Part shown: positions 49,370 through 60,187 of the stretch, one piece after another
How the letters are laid out: each line of letters begins with the position of its first letter
How positions within the stretch are numbered: position 1 is the first letter of the stretch
Assembly (NCBI GenBank): GCA_048484635.1
Contig: DBFWDM010000063.1
Span: forward strand, 1 to 60,187
Direction: 5' to 3'
DNA from: Collinsella sp.
GTDB taxonomy: Bacteria > Actinomycetota > Coriobacteriia > Coriobacteriales > Coriobacteriaceae
Length of the DNA: 60,187 nucleotides
Translations under genes and position numbers: made by a program
Notes under the pieces: model-generated
What the model was told of the DNA's origin: nothing
The model's database searches: none
Seen by the model: the letters and a program-made list of their open reading frames with translations, nothing else

Positions 49370-51037
49370 TTAGAACAGGCCGGTGATGTTGCCGTCGTTG
49401 TCGACGTCGATGTTCTCGGCCGCGGGCACCTTGGGCAGGCCCGGCATGGTCAGAACACTGCCGGTCAGCGCGACCACAAAGTGGGCGCCGGCAGAAACCT
49501 TGAGCTCACGCACGGTGATGCGGAAGTTCTCGGGAGCGCCCAGGGCCTTGGCGTTGTCGCTAAAGCTGTACTGCGTCTTGGCGACGCACACCGGCAGGTT
49601 GCCAAAGCCGTTCTCGCGCAGCTCGGCGAGCTGGCGCTTAGCGGCCGGCGTAAAGTCAACGCCGTCGGCGCGGTAGACCTTGGTGGCAACGGCCTCGAGG
49701 GCATCAGCGACATCAGCGCCGTCCTCATAGGCAAACTTGAGCTCGCTCGGCTGCTCAATCAGACGCATGACCTCATCGGCCAGCTCGAGCGCGCCCTCGC
49801 CGCCCTTGGCCCAGACCTCGGAAAGCTTAACGTTGACGCCGAGCTTCTGGCACTCGGACTCGATGAGCGCAAGCTCGGCCTCGGTGTCCGTCGGGAAGCG
49901 GTTGATGGCGACCACGCAGGGCAGACCATAAACGTTCTGGATGTTGTCGACGTGACGCAGCAGGTTGGGCATGCCAGCCTTGAGTGCCTCGAGGTTCTCC
50001 TCGTTGAGGTCGGCCTTGGCGACGCCGCCGTTGTACTTAAGCGCACGGGCGGTCGCGACGATCACGACGGCGCTGGGGCGAACGCCCGTCATGCGGCACT
50101 TGATGTCGAGGAACTTCTCGGCACCCAGATCGGCACCGAAGCCGGCCTCGGTAATGGCGACATCGCCAAAGCGCATCGCCATACGCGTGGCCATGATAGA
50201 GTTGCAGCCGTGGGCAATGTTGGCGAAGGGGCCGCCGTGGACAAACGCGGGCGTGCCCTCGAGCGTTTGCACCAAGTTGGGCTTGAGCGCGTCCTTGAGC
50301 AACGCGGCCATGGCACCCTGGGCCTTAAGGTCGCGGGCACGGACAGGCTCGCCGGCAAAGCTGTAGCCGACGACGATCTCACCCAAGCGTTCCTTGAGGT
50401 CGCTGATGCTCGTAGACAGGCACAGGATTGCCATGACCTCGGAGGCGACGGTGATATCAAAGCCGTCCTCGCGCGGCACGCCCTGGGCCTTACCGCCAAT
50501 GCCGTCGATGACGTGGCGCAGCTGACGGTCGTTCATATCGACGACGCGCTTCCAAGTGATGCGCTTAACGTCAATACCGAGCTGATTGCCCTGCTGGATG
50601 TGGTTATCAAGCATGGCGGCCAGCAGGTTGTTGGCAGCACCGATAGCGTGGAAGTCGCCGGTAAAGTGCAGGTTGATATCCTCCATGGGGATCACCTGAG
50701 CCCAGCCGCCACCGGCAGCACCGCCCTTAACGCCAAAGACAGGGCCGAGCGAAGGCTCGCGCAGGGCCACGGCACTCTTGACGCCGCGGCGACGCAGGCC
50801 ATCGGCCAGACCGATGGTCGTGGTGGTCTTGCCCTCGCCCGCAGGCGTTGGGTTGATAGCGGTCACGAGAACGAGCTTGGCCTGGTGATCAGTCGGCTCG
50901 TTGAGCAGTGAATAGTCGACCTTAGCCTTGTCGAAGCCGTACGGAATAAGGTGCTTAACGTCGACGCCGGCGTTCTTGGCCACCTCGGTAATAGGCAGCG
51001 GCGTGACAGAACGTGCGATTTCGATGTCAGTAGGCAT
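49370..51037 (-). CDS. fhs: Formate--tetrahydrofolate ligase
   Basis: [34 protein letters not shown] and MPGLP motifs. Confidence 0.97.
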   Translation of the reverse strand: MPTDIEIARSVTPLPITEVAKNAGVDVKHLIPYGFDKAKVDYSLLNEPTDHQAKLVLVTAINPTPAGEGKTTTTIGLADGLRRRGVKSAVALREPSLGPVFGVKGGAAGGGWAQVIPMEDINLHFTGDFHAIGAANNLLAAMLDNHIQQGNQLGIDVKRITWKRVVDMNDRQLRHVIDGIGGKAQGVPREDGFDITVASEVMAILCLSTSISDLKERLGEIVVGYSFAGEPVRARDLKAQGAMAALLKDALKPNLVQTLEGTPAFVHGGPFANIAHGCNSIMATRMAMRFGDVAITEAGFGADLGAEKFLDIKCRMTGVRPSAVVIVATARALKYNGGVAKADLNEENLEALKAGMPNLLRHVDNIQNVYGLPCVVAINRFPTDTEAELALIESECQKLGVNVKLSEVWAKGGEGALELADEVMRLIEQPSELKFAYEDGADVADALEAVATKVYRADGVDFTPAAKRQLAELRENGFGNLPVCVAKTQYSFSDNAKALGAPENFRITVRELKVSAGAHFVVALTGSVLTMPGLPKVPAAENIDVDNDGNITGLF

Positions 51038-51181
51038 GGGCGGTCCTTTCGTTACCGAATGAGAAAAAGACCAATTCAGCATAGCACGGGCGCGCAATAG
51101 TAAAACGCCCATAACCGATGAACGGCGATATGTTTACCCGATGCCCAGCGATAGTCCAACAGCCCGCCAAAACAAAGCGCC

Positions 51182-52249
51182 CTAAACGGTAGGTTCAATC
51201 CCCAGGTGCTCAAAGGTGCGAAGGGTTGCCTGACGGCCCTGCGGCGTACGAATCATCAACCCGCACTGCAGCAAATAGGGCTCATAGACATCCTCGAGCG
51301 TGCCCGGGTCCTCGCCCACCGCGCTGGCAAGGGTCGTAAGTCCCACGGCACGGCCGGAGAACGTCTTGGCAAGCGTCTCCAAGATACGAATATCCATCCA
51401 GTCCAGACCGAGCTCGTCGATCTCGAAGAACTCGAGCGCCTGGCGACAGATATCGAGCTCGATGGGGCCGTTGCCGCGCACCTGTGCGTAATCGCGCACG
51501 CGCTTGAGCAGACGGTTGGCAAGACGTGGCGTGCCGCGCGAACGCGAGCCGATCTCGAGTGCACTGGGATGGTCGATCGTCACGCCCAGGATAGTCGCCG
51601 AGCGCGTCACAATCTGCGCGAGCTCCTCGACCGTGTAGTAATCCAGGCGATATGAAATGCCAAAGCGGTCGCGCAACGGGCCGGTCAACATGCCTGAGCG
51701 GGTCGTTGCCGCCACCAGCGTAAACTTGGGGATATCCAGGCGAATCGAGCGCGCCGCCGGACCCTTGCCAATCACGATATCGAGGGCAAAGTCCTCCATA
51801 GCGGGATACAGGACTTCCTCGACCGAACGGTTGAGGCGGTGAATCTCGTCGATAAACAGCACGTCACCCGGCTGCAAGTTAGTCAGGATGGCCGCCAGGT
51901 CACCGGTACGCGCAATAGCGGGGCCGCTCGTCGTCTTGATCTGAGCGCCCAGCTCGTTGGCGATAACCGTGGCCAGCGTGGTCTTGCCCAGGCCCGGAGG
52001 GCCCGAGAAAATCACGTGGTCGAGCGTCTCGCCACGGCTCTGCGCCGCCTCGATCAGCACGCGAAGGCTCTGCTTGATATGCTCCTGGCCGCAGTAGTCG
52101 TCCAGGCGCTGGGGACGCAGGGTACGGTCGACATCGAGGTCCTCGGGCGTCAGCTCCGAGCCCACCATGCGCTCACCGTGTGCCATGGATGCCGCCGGCG
52201 AGCTGCCGGGCGCCGCCCACAGGTCCTGAGAGTCATCGGCTTCCCACAT
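51182..52249 (-). CDS. ruvB: Holliday junction branch migration ATPase RuvB
   Basis: [32 protein letters not shown] and RTPQGR motifs. Confidence 0.97.
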   Translation of the reverse strand: MWEADDSQDLWAAPGSSPAASMAHGERMVGSELTPEDLDVDRTLRPQRLDDYCGQEHIKQSLRVLIEAAQSRGETLDHVIFSGPPGLGKTTLATVIANELGAQIKTTSGPAIARTGDLAAILTNLQPGDVLFIDEIHRLNRSVEEVLYPAMEDFALDIVIGKGPAARSIRLDIPKFTLVAATTRSGMLTGPLRDRFGISYRLDYYTVEELAQIVTRSATILGVTIDHPSALEIGSRSRGTPRLANRLLKRVRDYAQVRGNGPIELDICRQALEFFEIDELGLDWMDIRILETLAKTFSGRAVGLTTLASAVGEDPGTLEDVYEPYLLQCGLMIRTPQGRQATLRTFEHLGIEPTV

Positions 52250-52869
52250 CACGCATCCATTCCGAGTCGCTTAAGCGCCGCGCCGAGCAAATCCTCGACA
52301 CGCATATCCTGCCCATCATACCCGCTCAGGGCAACCTCGGTCTCCTGCGGGCTAAAGCCCATGGAAAGGAGCGCCGCGCGGGCGTCATCGATCGCCGAGG
52401 GAGCGGCAGCGGGAACCGGCATCGCAACCTGACCGGGGATTACGTCGACCGGAACAAAGCCCTTGTCCTTGGCAAAGGTACTCTTGAGCTCCAAGATAAG
52501 GCGCTGGGCGGTCTTTTTGCCCACACCGGGAACCTTGGTCATGCCCTTGTCGTCCTCGGCCATCACCAGGGAATACAGCTGCCCCACGGTATAGGTGGAG
52601 AGCACGGCGAGCGCCAAGCGCGGGCCAACGCCCGAGACGGAAACGAGCCGATCGAACATCGTGCGCTCGTCCTTGGAGGCAAAGCCAAAAAGCGTCATGG
52701 CGTCCTCGCGCACCTGCATGCGGGTATAGAGGCGAACCTCACCGCCGGGCGTCGGCAACGTGGCCGCAGTGCTGCCCGAGATGCCGAGCTCAAAGCCAAC
52801 GCCCGACACATCGACGACAGCAGAGCTCATCGTGGCCTCGACAAGCGTTCCGTGGAGCTGGGAAATCAT
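52249..52869 (-). CDS. ruvA: Holliday junction branch migration protein RuvA
   Basis: [27 protein letters not shown] and AL..MGF motifs. Confidence 0.95.
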   Translation of the reverse strand: MISQLHGTLVEATMSSAVVDVSGVGFELGISGSTAATLPTPGGEVRLYTRMQVREDAMTLFGFASKDERTMFDRLVSVSGVGPRLALAVLSTYTVGQLYSLVMAEDDKGMTKVPGVGKKTAQRLILELKSTFAKDKGFVPVDVIPGQVAMPVPAAAPSAIDDARAALLSMGFSPQETEVALSGYDGQDMRVEDLLGAALKRLGMDA

Positions 52870-53390
52870 CAGTATCCGGTTCCTCTCTGTTGATAGAACT
52901 CGCCACCGGTGAGGGCGCGGGTGCGGCTGAGGTTTACGTGGCAGATGGCGCAGGCCAGGGCATCGGCGGCATGGTCGGGATGCGGGTCGTGATCGAGCTG
53001 TGTGAGCGTGCGCACCATGTAGGCGACCTGCCGCTTGTCCGCGGCGCCGGTGCCCACCACAGCCTGTTTGATCTGCATGGGCGTGTACTCGCCAATCTCG
53101 AGCGCGCACTCCGAAAGCGCCACAAGCGCAGCACCGCGGGCATGCGCCGTGGGGATGGCCGAACGAACGTTGGCACCAAAGTAGATGCTCTCGACAGCAG
53201 CCGTGTCGGGTCGATAACGCTCGACGACATCCTTAAGGTCATGGGCGATATGCGACAGGCGCACCGCGAGCGGACTTCCGGCACTGGTCTCGATGCAGCC
53301 ATAGGCACGGCAGCGAACCTCGCCGCGCCGCTCCTCGATAATCCCCCAACCCGTATGAGCCAAACCGGGGTCAATGCCCAAGACAACCAA
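52869..53390 (-). CDS. ruvC: Crossover junction endodeoxyribonuclease RuvC
   Basis: LGIDPG, AVE, EYTP.QIK...G.G.ADK and DAL motifs; TTG start after GGAGG. Confidence 0.95.
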   Translation of the reverse strand: MVVLGIDPGLAHTGWGIIEERRGEVRCRAYGCIETSAGSPLAVRLSHIAHDLKDVVERYRPDTAAVESIYFGANVRSAIPTAHARGAALVALSECALEIGEYTPMQIKQAVVGTGAADKRQVAYMVRTLTQLDHDPHPDHAADALACAICHVNLSRTRALTGGEFYQQRGTGY

Positions 53391-53521
53391 GCCGACCTCC
53401 CCTCGCCACAAGCACAGCGCAAGACAAGGCCCCGCGCATCATTCACGAACGTCTGTTCTAGAATAACACAACGCTAGCCCTATAAGTCAGCCGAGATCGA
53501 ATTGTAGGTTGAGTATACGCA

Positions 53522-53630
53522 AGCGAGCGCCCGCCAGAGCGAGCAAGGTGCCTTGAAAGAGGAGGGCATTGACCTGGCGGTCATGTCCGACGATTGAAAG
53601 GCAGATTGCCGCTCTGGCGGGCGCGCAGCG
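53522..53630 (+). repeat. Dispersed structured palindromic element, copy C
   Basis: AGCGAGC-GCCCGCCAGAGCG...CGCTCTGGCGGGC-GCGCAGCG; homologous to copies A and B. Confidence 0.8.
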
Positions 53631-53632
53631 AC

Positions 53633-55618
53633 CTAGTTCTGAGAGAAGAACGGAAATTGTCGGGGATCAACCGGCGGATGCGGCATCGGGCCACCCTGGG
53701 GCCCACCCTGCGGGCCACCCTGGCCGCCCATCATCTTATCGATGGCGTCCTGAACCTCGCCCTCGAACTTTTTCATTCCCTCGTGTAAACGACGCTGACC
53801 GTCCTCAGAGCGCAGCTCCTCCATTTGCTCGGGCGAAATACCCAGTAGCTCGCCCAGCACGCCCATCATCTCGTTTCGCACGCGCTCGCTCGTATCCTCG
53901 TCAGCAAAACGGCGCACCTCGGCGCGCGCCAGCGAATCGACCGTCATACGCTCCTTGCCGTTAAGCCCCAGGTCGGACCACGCGAGCATATACGGCCAGG
54001 CACGCTCGGCAAACGAACGGGCCGAGACGATCGGCGCCATCGGCAACATGCGGCGGGCAGCCTCACCCTGTCGAACGAGCATCAGCAGCAGCGAGCAGGC
54101 CTCAGGCTTGCCAGCGGCCATCGGGATGTCGTCGAAAGATCGATTGCGGTCCACGTGCGCCTCGAGCGCGCCATCGACCTCACCCGGCTCAAGCCCGCCG
54201 AGCAGCTGTGCCGCACGGTCGAGCATATCGACCGGACCGTCGAGCGTCGAGAGCGCCTGCGCCAGCACGCGCTCCATACAATCTTCCACTGCGTTGAGCG
54301 TCACGAGCTCTTGGGGCACCACGGCAGACGTGCGGTTGCGCACACGCGCCACAAACTCAAGCGTCGACAGGTACACATCGCCAAAGGGCGCAAAGTCGCC
54401 CTGGTAGCCGCCGCAAAGCGCCGGCGCCGCCAGCGCGTACTCGGTTTTGGACAGCGGGCTCAGCGCCATCGCACCCAGCTCGAGCGCCGTATCCTCCAGC
54501 ATCAGGCCCAGCGTGCGCGAGCGCAGGCGCTCGGCATCGCCCGCCGACACGTCGCGATCGAGCACGCGCGCCGCATCCGGTGCATCGCGCTCGACGGTGC
54601 GAATGTGCAGACGCTCGGCGATGGCGCGGACGGCGGCACAGCGGGCAGCCTCGGCTTCTTCCTGCGCCGGCGTAAAGATACGGTTGCGCCCCAGCACCAG
54701 GCCAATCACATTGCGCGGGCCCAGAGCGTCGACGGCCAGCGCCGTCAGCAAAGACGACGGCAAGTCACCCTCGAGTGCCACCACAGCACGCGAAGCACCG
54801 TGGGCTCGGGCGTTGTCGCGCACGGCGAGCACCAGCGCCTGCCACAGCCACTCCTCGGAACGGAACTCGGGCAGTTCGTGATCCTCCAGGGCATCGAGCA
54901 TCACGCCGCGCTGAATCTCCTGAACCAGCAGGCTCTCCTCAAAGCACGGCGCCTGGGCCACCACGCGACCGCAGTCGTCGAGCACAAACGAACCGCCGGT
55001 ATACACCGACTCGTCATAGGCACCGACCGGCGCCATGCAGGCAAACCACACGCTGCGCTTGGATGCGATCTTGCGGTAGGCGCCGCTGCGAACGGCAGCA
55101 ATGGCGGCAGTCTCGCGGTCGGTCATGTCAAACGCGTTGAATTGGAAATACGCAATGAGGTCAACACCGGTCGGCAGCATCTCGAGTTCGCGGTCCAAGT
55201 CAAAAATCACGGCGATGCGCACGCCGTCCACGTCGAACACCGGCGGCGCCCAACGTGTGTCGTTGTTCTCGCCACGCTGCAGGGCAATGCTCGAACGCGC
55301 CGGCACCACATGACCGTCCTTGAGCATCATGTAGTCGAGCAGCGGCTGGCCCTCAAACGAAACCGCCGCGGGCACGATGCAGATCATGTCAAGCTCCTGG
55401 ATACGCTCGGCGACACCAGTCAAACCGGCAAACACGTCGTGCTCAAAGTCGGCAGCGCCCACCAGGCCACCGGGCATGGCGCCCATAAAGAGCGGAGCCG
55501 GAACGCACAGCACGCGCGCCCCGCGCTCGTGGGCCAGACGAGCCTGGTCCTCGATGCGGCCGCAAATGCCCTCAATATCACCCAGGCGCATATCGATCTG
55601 TGCAAGCGCGAGCTTCAT
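53633..55618 (-). CDS. Glutamine-dependent NAD synthetase-like protein (nitrilase + NAD synthase folds), catalytic motifs degenerate
   Basis: MKLALAQ...GD, G..DE.VY.G.S, ALVLAVRD, LAVDALG..NV.G, K.E...Y.G.FAP..DV; SGGxDS and the Glu/Cys motifs are missing. Confidence 0.75.
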   Translation of the reverse strand: MKLALAQIDMRLGDIEGICGRIEDQARLAHERGARVLCVPAPLFMGAMPGGLVGAADFEHDVFAGLTGVAERIQELDMICIVPAAVSFEGQPLLDYMMLKDGHVVPARSSIALQRGENNDTRWAPPVFDVDGVRIAVIFDLDRELEMLPTGVDLIAYFQFNAFDMTDRETAAIAAVRSGAYRKIASKRSVWFACMAPVGAYDESVYTGGSFVLDDCGRVVAQAPCFEESLLVQEIQRGVMLDALEDHELPEFRSEEWLWQALVLAVRDNARAHGASRAVVALEGDLPSSLLTALAVDALGPRNVIGLVLGRNRIFTPAQEEAEAARCAAVRAIAERLHIRTVERDAPDAARVLDRDVSAGDAERLRSRTLGLMLEDTALELGAMALSPLSKTEYALAAPALCGGYQGDFAPFGDVYLSTLEFVARVRNRTSAVVPQELVTLNAVEDCMERVLAQALSTLDGPVDMLDRAAQLLGGLEPGEVDGALEAHVDRNRSFDDIPMAAGKPEACSLLLMLVRQGEAARRMLPMAPIVSARSFAERAWPYMLAWSDLGLNGKERMTVDSLARAEVRRFADEDTSERVRNEMMGVLGELLGISPEQMEELRSEDGQRRLHEGMKKFEGEVQDAIDKMMGGQGGPQGGPQGGPMPHPPVDPRQFPFFSQN

Positions 55619-55735
55619 GGCCCAGCCCTTTCCGTCGTAAACCATCGAAATCGTAGTAAAAGCGCCGGCCGCATAATGCAGCCGGCGCTTGCATGTGCAT
55701 ATGCTAGCTATGATACCCCGAGCGGGGGCGCGCTC

Positions 55736-56098
55736 CTAGAATGTCGCGGACCACAGCCCGTGCAGGTTGCAGTAGGCATAGACGGTACCGGCCTTGGAGC
55801 CGCCCGCGAAAAACGTCGCGGGTTTCATGCCGGGCTCAAGGTAATGAACCTCTAAGCGGCCCTCGGCCTCAAGCGCAATCCACTCAATGTAGTGTTCGGG
55901 CAGGCTGGGGTGCTCGACCGAGCCAACGCGTGCACGAATCACGTGACCGTCGCGCTCGGTCTCGACAACAGGCACGTGCTTCTCGTGCGCCGCGTCCTCA
56001 GTGTTTGCGGTCAGTTCCGTGCAACCGGCAGGGGTCGCAACGTCGTCGCCAAGGGCAGCGATGAGCTTACCGTCGGGGTCCTTAAAGAATTTCGCCAT
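55736..56098 (-). CDS. Desulfoferrodoxin / superoxide reductase
   Basis: EKHVP, HP...HYIEWI and YCNLHGLW; the N-terminal CxxC/CC centre is absent. Confidence 0.9.
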   Translation of the reverse strand: MAKFFKDPDGKLIAALGDDVATPAGCTELTANTEDAAHEKHVPVVETERDGHVIRARVGSVEHPSLPEHYIEWIALEAEGRLEVHYLEPGMKPATFFAGGSKAGTVYAYCNLHGLWSATF

Positions 56099-56263
56099 GA
56101 TGTTCTCCTTTGCTGATGTGCCAATGTTCTTGATGGTTCTTATGCCCAAAGGCAGACAAACCATCCACGGCATTGCAAATGAACACATAACGGATCAGGC
56201 AAGCGGTCGGGCCAAAATGCGTCGACCGTCCTGCCCACTCCAGCAGTCCCACCCCGCGCGCGG

Positions 56264-59200
56264 CTAGCGCCCGTCGCCGCCGAGAAGCGCCAGAACATCC
56301 TCGCGCGTGAACAGTGCCGACGAGATGCCGTCGCCGCCGAGCACGCTGTTAACCAGATCGCGCTTGGACTCCTGCATCTGCATAATGCGTTCCTCGATCG
56401 TGTCCTTGGCGATGAGCTTGTACACGGTCACGGTGTGCTGCTGGCCAATGCGGTGGGCGCGGTCGGTCGCCTGGTCCTGCGCCGCCACGTTCCACCACGG
56501 GTCGTAGTGGATGACCACGTCGGCAGCCGTCAAATTAAGGCCCACGCCGCCCGCCTTGAGCGAAATCAAGAACACCGGCACCTCGCCCGCCTGGAACTGC
56601 GCGACCATCTTGGCGCGGCTCTCCTTAGACGAAGCGCCCGTGAGCTTAAGGAAGGCGATGTCCTCCTTAGACAGGCGCTTGCCGATGATATCGAGCATAC
56701 CCGTAAACTGGCTGAACAACAGGATGCGATGCCCGCCGTCGAGTGCGCCGTGCACGAGCTCCATGCACGTATCGAGCTTGGCGCTCCCCGCCTTGTAATC
56801 CTCGTAGTGTAGACGCGGGTCGCAGCAGATCTGGCGCAGCTTGGTGAGCTCGGCGAGCACCTTGAGCTTATCTTTCTTAAACTCCCCGGCCTCGCGGTGC
56901 TGCACCTGCTGGGCGATGCGGTCTTGGTTGGCCAGGTAGAGCTTGCGCTGTTCGCCGGCAAGCTGCGCCATCACCGTATCCTCGATCTTCTCGGGCAGGT
57001 CGGCCACCACATCTTCCTTGACGCGACGCAGCACAAACGGCGACACGAGCGCCTGCAGACGAGCGGCACTGTCGCCCTCGGCATGCTCGACGGGGCTCTC
57101 AAAGCGCTTGGCAAATGAGTCGCGCGTGCCCAGAAGACCCGGCATCAAAAAGTCGAAGATACTCCAAAGCTCGGACAGTCGGTTTTCGATGGGCGTGCCC
57201 GTCAAGGCAAAGCGCACGCCGGCCGGCAGGCGCTTTGCAGCGCGAGCCACCTGGGTGAGCGGGTTTTTAATGTACTGGGCCTCGTCGAGCACTACGCGGG
57301 CAAAGTCCTGCTCGACATATTCGTCGATGTCGCGACGCATGAGGTCATACGACGTCACGACCACGTTGTGCTCGGCGGCACCGGCAATTTGCACGCGACG
57401 CTGGGCCTTGGCGCCCACGATGGCGCACACATCAATCGAGGGGGCGAAGCGCTCCAACTCGGCAGCCCAGTTGTACACGAGCGACGCGGGGCATACCACG
57501 AGCGTGGGCTTGGTGTCCCCCGCCTCCACGCGCGCCAGAATGTGCGCGATCATCTGCAGCGTTTTGCCCAGACCCATATCATCGGCCAAAATGCCGCCAA
57601 GGCCCAGATGCTCGAGCGAGCCGAGCCACTGGTAGCCGTCGACCTGATAGCCGCGCAGTGTGGCCTTGAGCGAGACCGGCACCGTAAAGTCCATCTTGCC
57701 GAGCGTATCCAAGCGCTCGACGGTGCGACGGAATGCAGCGTCGCGATCGGCTTCGAGCGCGGGCGTGCGCGCAAGCATGTTGTCGACGAACAGAGTACTC
57801 GATGCGGGAAGCGACACGCCGTCGAGCAGGTCGACGGCATCGACGCCCAAGTCCTCAGCAAGGCCAAACGCAGCGCGGGCACCTTCATCCAGGCGAACGA
57901 TGTCGCCGGACGTAAGGCGCGCGAACGTCTGGTGGCGCTTATACGAGTCCAGATAGATGGCAAGGTCAGCCGCCGAAAGCCCGCTCGCACCCAGCTCGAC
58001 GTCGAGCAAGTTGCTCTTGACGGTGGCGCGCACCGAGAGCTTAGGCGCAGGGCGCACCGAGATCTGGCGCAGGCGGTCGCTGAGCATGACCTCGCCCAGC
58101 TCGGACAGAGCAGACAGGCCCTCGGTCAACAAGTGGAACAGGCTCTCGTCATCGCGCTCCTCAAATGCCAGGCCGCCCTCGTAAAAGTCGAAATACAGGG
58201 CAGCCGTGTCCATAACGCGAAACTCCGCCACCGTATCGCGGGGCGGAACGCCGGGGCGTTGCTCTTCGAAAGGACTGCCCGGAGCACCAAGACTAAAGAG
58301 ATCTGCTGACCAATCGCCGTAGGTCACCGCAATCTTGCAGGTCACAAGACCATCGTCGACGCCAATCGCCATGGCAAAACTTGGCTCGGGCGCCACGGCG
58401 TCGAGCGCGGCGGGAGCGGTCAGGTCGGTGTAGTCGCGAAAGATCGGCAGCGCCATGCGGCAGAACTCGCCCACCTGGTCGGCGGCGATATGGACCGGCG
58501 TGCGGCAGGGTAACAAGTGCGATAGGAACGGCGCTGCATGTTGGGCAAACGCCGTGTCGGTACGGCGTGCGCGGCGCGTATCGACCAGATAGGCTGCATC
58601 GCCCGCGACAAAGCAGTACGTATCGGCCGGCAGGCGCAAGTCGTAGCTGCCTCCCGCCGCCGGTGCAATCTTGGCGGCAAGGAGCGGCGGGCGCTTAGCC
58701 GGGATCTCGCCCTCCCCCTGCAGCGACGGCTCGACGGCCACCTCGTAGACGCGATGCGTCGTCGTTCCCCGCGACCAAGCAGGCTCAAAGGACATGGTCC
58801 TGCCACGCAGCAGGTCCAGCACGGACACGATGGAATACTCGGATACCGGCAACTGACGCTCCGCAACAAAGCCGCTGCGAGCAAAGTCATACGATGCCGA
58901 GCGCGAGCTCGTAATATCGCCTAGGTAGGCGACCGTCATTGCGATAAAGTCGAGCAGCTTTGTCGACACGTCATCGAAAGCCTCGGGCACATGGGCAAAC
59001 GTAAGCTTCTTGCCATAGGAGAACGTACCGCCGCGCACATAGGCATCGGCCATGCCGTCGATATCCTTAACCACGTAGGACACCGAACCGCAGCGAATGC
59101 GAAACTCGAGCGCCCAGTTAAAGCGATCGGCAAACAGCGGATTGTAGTACGGCACCAGCGAGGGCTCCAGCACCGCTTTGGGCGCATCGGGGTCAATGGT

Positions 59201-59737
59201 GCCGGCGAGCTTGCGACGCATGGCCGCGAGCTCGTCCATGCGCGCGTCCGAAAGATCGGAAAGCGCCGCCACAAGGCTCGGGCTCGTGGGGACGGGCGCA
59301 GGGAAGGGAAAGTTGGGGTTGACCGAAGATGCGCTAGGCGCGGGGCGTGCGGACTGTTTGGATTGTGCGGGCGGTGCCGTAAACGTGCGGACCGGCGTAC
59401 GCAGGCCCTCGACGGGCTCGGCGCCACTGGCATCCAGATACGCCAACGCCGTGGCGATGGCGTGCTTGCACATACCGGAATAGCGGAAGGCAGCGGGGCA
59501 ATCGCAGTCGTAGTCGATAACCTCGTGCTCGTCCATGTCGAGCGCCACGTGCGTCTTGTACAGGTCGCCGCGCGAGCCGCGCACCGAGCCCTCGATGTTC
59601 ACGTTTTTGGAGAAGCGCGAGCCGGAGTCTTCGAACGACAGCACGGCACCGTTGAGCATGAGCGAACGCCCCTTCATAAAGGTGCCGCTCAACGCCGCCT
59701 CTTTGCGAAGCGCCTGCACAAACGTCCCCTGTGCCAT
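56264..59737 (-). CDS. SWIM zinc finger SNF2-family helicase
   Basis: CDC...CKH SWIM, LADDMGLGKT, DEAQ, TGTPIEN, FSQF, SLKAGG.GLNL and QATDRAHRIGQ motifs. Confidence 0.93.
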   Translation of the reverse strand: MAQGTFVQALRKEAALSGTFMKGRSLMLNGAVLSFEDSGSRFSKNVNIEGSVRGSRGDLYKTHVALDMDEHEVIDYDCDCPAAFRYSGMCKHAIATALAYLDASGAEPVEGLRTPVRTFTAPPAQSKQSARPAPSASSVNPNFPFPAPVPTSPSLVAALSDLSDARMDELAAMRRKLAGTIDPDAPKAVLEPSLVPYYNPLFADRFNWALEFRIRCGSVSYVVKDIDGMADAYVRGGTFSYGKKLTFAHVPEAFDDVSTKLLDFIAMTVAYLGDITSSRSASYDFARSGFVAERQLPVSEYSIVSVLDLLRGRTMSFEPAWSRGTTTHRVYEVAVEPSLQGEGEIPAKRPPLLAAKIAPAAGGSYDLRLPADTYCFVAGDAAYLVDTRRARRTDTAFAQHAAPFLSHLLPCRTPVHIAADQVGEFCRMALPIFRDYTDLTAPAALDAVAPEPSFAMAIGVDDGLVTCKIAVTYGDWSADLFSLGAPGSPFEEQRPGVPPRDTVAEFRVMDTAALYFDFYEGGLAFEERDDESLFHLLTEGLSALSELGEVMLSDRLRQISVRPAPKLSVRATVKSNLLDVELGASGLSAADLAIYLDSYKRHQTFARLTSGDIVRLDEGARAAFGLAEDLGVDAVDLLDGVSLPASSTLFVDNMLARTPALEADRDAAFRRTVERLDTLGKMDFTVPVSLKATLRGYQVDGYQWLGSLEHLGLGGILADDMGLGKTLQMIAHILARVEAGDTKPTLVVCPASLVYNWAAELERFAPSIDVCAIVGAKAQRRVQIAGAAEHNVVVTSYDLMRRDIDEYVEQDFARVVLDEAQYIKNPLTQVARAAKRLPAGVRFALTGTPIENRLSELWSIFDFLMPGLLGTRDSFAKRFESPVEHAEGDSAARLQALVSPFVLRRVKEDVVADLPEKIEDTVMAQLAGEQRKLYLANQDRIAQQVQHREAGEFKKDKLKVLAELTKLRQICCDPRLHYEDYKAGSAKLDTCMELVHGALDGGHRILLFSQFTGMLDIIGKRLSKEDIAFLKLTGASSKESRAKMVAQFQAGEVPVFLISLKAGGVGLNLTAADVVIHYDPWWNVAAQDQATDRAHRIGQQHTVTVYKLIAKDTIEERIMQMQESKRDLVNSVLGGDGISSALFTREDVLALLGGDGR

Positions 59738-59775
59738 CACTTCCTCCAATCTCGCGCGGACCAGCAAGGTCGCCC

Positions 59776-60187
59776 TTAGATCACCGTCACGCGACCCTGG
59801 TTACCCACGATGGCTTTTGCCTCTGCCAACAGCGGAATCGAGCGTGCGTTGACCTTGGCCGGCACCTCGGCACGCAGCACACGCCCGTCCACCTGCTCGA
59901 TAAAGATCTCCACGCGGTCGCCGCCCGGGTTGGCGGTAAGCACCGTGGCAAGACGCGCCATATTGCCCTGGCTAAAGCGGCTGTTGGGCACCATGACCTC
60001 AAACACCTTGGGCTTGTTGTTCTCCTCATTAAGCTCCAGTGGCACGATCTCCTGCGCGATGATCTGATCGCCGCGGTCCGAGCGCTCAAGCTTGCCCTTA
60101 ATGCGCACAAACGCATCGGACAGCTGCGCGCCGGTCTCGGGATCGACCTCGCCGTACAGGTACCCCTCGGCCTCCTTGTAGGTCTTG
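59776..60187 (-). CDS. dnaE: Probable C-terminal part of DNA polymerase III alpha subunit (partial, runs off the window)
   Basis: OB-fold tail V.IKGKLE...QIIA.EI followed by L..VL..NPG...V.I; only about 135 aa visible. Confidence 0.65.
   Translation of the reverse strand, partial: KTYKEAEGYLYGEVDPETGAQLSDAFVRIKGKLERSDRGDQIIAQEIVPLELNEENNKPKVFEVMVPNSRFSQGNMARLATVLTANPGGDRVEIFIEQVDGRVLRAEVPAKVNARSIPLLAEAKAIVGNQGRVTVI

Noticed and set aside
51038..51181. ZTP or THF riboswitch upstream of fhs (also checked upstream of fchA-folD)
   Set aside because: No recognisable consensus elements by eye.
56264..59737. SNF2 helicase as part of an anti-phage system
   Set aside because: SWIM-SNF2 architecture in a housekeeping context next to dnaE, with no methylase or nuclease partners.

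Overview
60 kb of a high-GC Coriobacteriia chromosome; gene content and intergenic repeats look like Collinsella (inference). The backbone is housekeeping: pepV-like dipeptidase, tgt/queA/queH, metG, fbp, folD/fchA/fhs, ruvCAB, a SNF2 helicase and the 3' end of dnaE. It also carries a probable bile-acid 12alpha-HSDH. No rRNA, tRNA, CRISPR array, integrase or transposase was seen. Highlights: (1) an AT-richer island between queH and queA with two divergent amidino-hydrolases, a carbamoyltransferase with altered ornithine-binding motifs, an antiporter and an XRE/S24 regulator but no carbamate kinase, possibly a deiminase pathway for a substrate other than arginine; (2) a cobalamin riboswitch ahead of a wall-anchored protein with four DUF4430 domains plus a beta-propeller, and a membrane DUF4430 partner; (3) a dispersed, covarying structured element of about 110 nt that sits at the stop codons of minus-strand genes, plus other REP/MITE-like palindromes; (4) a catalytically degenerate NadE-like protein; (5) a frameshifted Tat-exported, sortase-anchored PI-PLC; (6) an unannotated 56-aa membrane protein. 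All family calls come from motif recognition, not database searches.
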